This document shows positions 38,201 to 40,192 of a DNA stretch of 40,192 bases, piece after piece. Position 1 is the first letter of the stretch. Each line of letters begins with the position of its first letter. Below the pieces are notes generated by a model, which was not told the origin of the DNA, did not search any database, and saw nothing but the letters and a program-made list of their open reading frames with translations. The position numbers and the translations under genes are program-made. Origin of the DNA: Bacteroidota bacterium. Lineage in GTDB: Bacteria; Bacteroidota; Bacteroidia; Flavobacteriales; Flavobacteriaceae. The stretch spans positions 1-40,192 of the forward strand of contig JAACDY010000172.1 in the NCBI GenBank assembly GCA_009936675.1, in the 5' to 3' direction.

Positions 38201-38824
38201 TTAGTTGGTTTTACTGGGTTCAGCTTCAGAAAGTTTTTGTGGGAACAATAATTTGACCTCAGAAAGTTTGGGTTTTAATCTTAGTTTTTCTTCTGGGGAA
38301 GTTCTGGGATCGGAATACTTCTTGTTGGCTTCAACAAAAGACATGCCCTCGTTGGGAAACAATCTGGAAAATTCTCGGTCTCTCAGTTCGTTATAGGCAG
38401 CTACCAATTCATTCTGAACAGCGATATAAACTCTATAAGATGTTTCTCTATCATTTTTTAATGAAATGATGGCTTTGTCGGGGTTGTCGGAAGATTTTGA
38501 ATCTCCAGGCCCTTGACAATAGTCACAGGCTTCTTCTCCTTCTCCTCCTCCATTGTCAAGAAATTCCACCGCCAAGGCACGTAAATCTGAGATGTCGGTC
38601 AACTCCTCCTCTGCCAACAATTGATTGTTTTTGTTGACCACTACCGTAAAAATATTCTTCTGTTTGATAATTGGTGGGTCTTCAATATCCTCAATGGGTG
38701 GTAGTTTTCTGTTAAGCCCACTATCGGTTTCAATGGTAGTAGTTACCAAGAAGAAAATCAACAGTAAAAAGGCAATATCTGCCATTGATCCTGCATTAAC
38801 TTCTGGTGCTGATCTTTTGGCCAT
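38201..38824 (-). CDS. exbD: ExbD/TolR family protein, long form with an acidic, Cys-containing insertion
   Basis: It reads SMADIAFLLLIFFLVTT, then a periplasmic domain with LKNDRETSYRVYIAVQNEL and the insertion GGGEGEEACDYCQGPGD. Length is 207 aa. Confidence 0.85.
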   Translation of the reverse strand: MAKRSAPEVNAGSMADIAFLLLIFFLVTTTIETDSGLNRKLPPIEDIEDPPIIKQKNIFTVVVNKNNQLLAEEELTDISDLRALAVEFLDNGGGEGEEACDYCQGPGDSKSSDNPDKAIISLKNDRETSYRVYIAVQNELVAAYNELRDREFSRLFPNEGMSFVEANKKYSDPRTSPEEKLRLKPKLSEVKLLFPQKLSEAEPSKTN

Positions 38825-38830
38825 GGCTTA

Positions 38831-39280
38831 TTATTTTTTAATAATCTTAGTTACTCCAGAGAACAACATCAAACCGATGGCTACTGCAGCGAGTATATAA
38901 AATGCTCTGATGCCCGTACCGACCCATCTGGCGCCGCTTGCAGACAACACCTCACCGTCCTTCAGAGGGGTTTCAACACCATCTGAAAGCACATAAGAGA
39001 TCACAATCACCACCAAAAAAAGTCCTACTGAAATTGCAGCTTTCTTTAATTTGGCAGGGTCAGAGAACAATCCTAAAAGTGTAAAAATCAATGTTACTGC
39101 TATGGTAATGAGCAATACAATTCGAGCCAATTCAACCAGTGGGGAAACCGCACCAAAATCACCCATAGAAGCGGCCATTTTGATATCATCATCACCAGTA
39201 CCGATAATCCTGAGTAGGAAAAAAGCGGCCAATACGCCAATGATGGCACTGACTATTTTGATTATATTCTGAATTTTCAT
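38831..39280 (-). CDS. Hypothetical 4-TM membrane protein embedded in the exbB-exbD cluster
   Basis: The 149-aa ORF has four hydrophobic helices and is tightly packed between exbB and exbD (gaps of 8 and 6 nt). Confidence 0.6.
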   Translation of the reverse strand: MKIQNIIKIVSAIIGVLAAFFLLRIIGTGDDDIKMAASMGDFGAVSPLVELARIVLLITIAVTLIFTLLGLFSDPAKLKKAAISVGLFLVVIVISYVLSDGVETPLKDGEVLSASGARWVGTGIRAFYILAAVAIGLMLFSGVTKIIKK

Positions 39281-39288
39281 ATTTCCAA

Positions 39289-40116
39289 TTATTTTTTCTG
39301 AGCTACCAAAATGTCAATCAGGTTAATGGAAGCGTCTTCCATATCGTTGACGATACTATCAATCTTGGCAATGATGTAATTGTAAAATACTTGAAGTATA
39401 ATGGCAACAATCAAACCGAAAACGGTGGTCAAAAGGGCTACTTTAATACCCCCTGCAACCAATGAGGGTTGCATGTCACCCGCAGCTTCGATTTTGTCAA
39501 AAGCCTGAATCATCCCGATTACCGTCCCCATAAACCCAAGCATAGGAGCCAAGGCGATGAATAACGAAATCCAAGAAACGTTCTTTTCCAATTGTCCCAT
39601 TTGAACACCACCGTAAGCAACTACTGCTTTTTCGGCACTGTCAACACCTTCGTTGACGCGGTCGAGACCTTGATAGAAGATGGAAGCAACAGGACCTTTA
39701 GTATTTCTACAAAGTTCTTTGGCAGCTTCTACACCTCCAGAAGATAAGGCTTCCTCAACTCCTGCAGTCAATTTTTGGGAATTGGTAGTCGCCAAATTAA
39801 GGTAGATAATACGCTCAATGGCTATGGCAAGACCTAAAATCAAACAAATCAAAACGATTCCCATAAAGCCTGGGCCTCCTTCGATAAATCTTTTCTTAAG
39901 TTCTTGTGTAAAAGAAGCTTCGGTGGGAGCTGCTGCTTCTTCCACAGCTTCGGGCTCCTCCATTGCTGGAGCTTCCTCAACCACGGCTTCTTCCTCAACA
40001 GCTTCTTCTTGTTGCTCAGTTTCCTGAATGGTTGGATTTAAAATTGTTGTAGCATAAGACAAAGATTGGAACATCAACATCCCAACAAGGCTTAGGGCAA
40101 AAAATAATTTTCTCAT
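39289..40116 (-). CDS. exbB: MotA/TolQ/ExbB proton-channel family protein with an acidic Glu/Ala-rich N-terminal extension
   Basis: The signal peptide is MRKLFFALSLVGMLMFQSLSYA. An E/A-rich tract follows (QETEQQEEAVEEEAVVEEAPAMEEPEAVEEAAAP), then the MotA_ExbB core (LAPMLGFMGTVIGMIQAF, ALLTTVFGL). ATG 40116 is preferred over TTG 40125. Confidence 0.88.
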   Translation of the reverse strand: MRKLFFALSLVGMLMFQSLSYATTILNPTIQETEQQEEAVEEEAVVEEAPAMEEPEAVEEAAAPTEASFTQELKKRFIEGGPGFMGIVLICLILGLAIAIERIIYLNLATTNSQKLTAGVEEALSSGGVEAAKELCRNTKGPVASIFYQGLDRVNEGVDSAEKAVVAYGGVQMGQLEKNVSWISLFIALAPMLGFMGTVIGMIQAFDKIEAAGDMQPSLVAGGIKVALLTTVFGLIVAIILQVFYNYIIAKIDSIVNDMEDASINLIDILVAQKK

Positions 40117-40192
40117 TTTGATCAAAGTTTTATTCTATTGGATAATTTTTTAAAGATAAAAAAAAATACATATTAATAGCATCTTTTTTGCA

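Noticed and set aside
1-40192. Genetic-code reassignment of TAA to a sense codon (for example Glu) as the explanation for the in-frame TAAs.
   Set aside because: TAA is the evident natural terminator of many well-conserved genes here, including ubiA, the GHMP kinase, fdx, fnr, mrp, tspO, nadA/B/C, pyrH, asnS and exbB/D. Reading through the GHMP-kinase TAA would add 123 out-of-frame codons over ubiA. At most, low-level suppression is compatible with the data.
1-40192. Sigma-54 promoters (TGGCAC-N5-TTGCW), looked for because rpoN is encoded here.
   Set aside because: The TGGCAC occurrences I found (for example near 4414, 15127, 15337 and 25207) are inside coding regions and lack a correctly spaced TTGC element.
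1-40192. A search by eye for CRISPR arrays, tRNA or rRNA genes, IS elements or transposase/integrase genes, toxin-antitoxin pairs and defence-system domains.
   Set aside because: No intergenic gap exceeds ~320 nt. I found no direct-repeat/spacer periodicity, no transposase, integrase or nuclease-helicase-type ORFs, and every sizeable ORF is explained by a housekeeping family.

Overview
This window is a chromosomal, mostly housekeeping region from a Bacteroidota (Flavobacteriia-like) genome. The lineage call rests on a T9SS C-terminal sorting domain, lineage-typical DUF4296, DUF4271 and DUF3098 genes, TAnnTTTG -7 promoter boxes and flavobacterial gene order. I support about 47 protein-coding genes.

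Main gene groups:
- Mevalonate-pathway genes next to a UbiA prenyltransferase, and TspO.
- An Fe-S module: ferredoxin, ferredoxin-NADP reductase, Nfu and Mrp/ApbC.
- An alkyltransferase-like protein and TrmB.
- An OmpR-type two-component system.
- TyrS, LeuS and AsnS, dihydroorotase, and a GT2 polyprenol-phosphate glycosyltransferase.
- HemD-like, Lrp and SemiSWEET, then FtsX, UppP and TruB.
- NadABC, PyrH and Frr, an MMPL/RND transporter, RpoN, and an ExbB/ExbD cluster.

I see no tRNA, rRNA, CRISPR array, IS element, prophage or recognisable defence island.

The most unusual signal is at codon level. Four otherwise intact conserved genes are each interrupted by exactly one in-frame TAA: an rluB-like gene, both genes of the two-component system, and the essential leuS. 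The hemD-like gene may be a fifth case. TAA is clearly also a genuine terminator in this window, so this is not a simple codon reassignment.

Secondary observations:
- A 3'-truncated LytS-type kinase remnant followed by three stacked hairpins.
- A ferredoxin lacking the expected distal Cys ligand.
- A T9SS protein consisting only of a signal peptide and a CTD.
- An Ala-type alkyltransferase-like (ATL) protein.

All family assignments come from motif recognition by eye. No searches were run.
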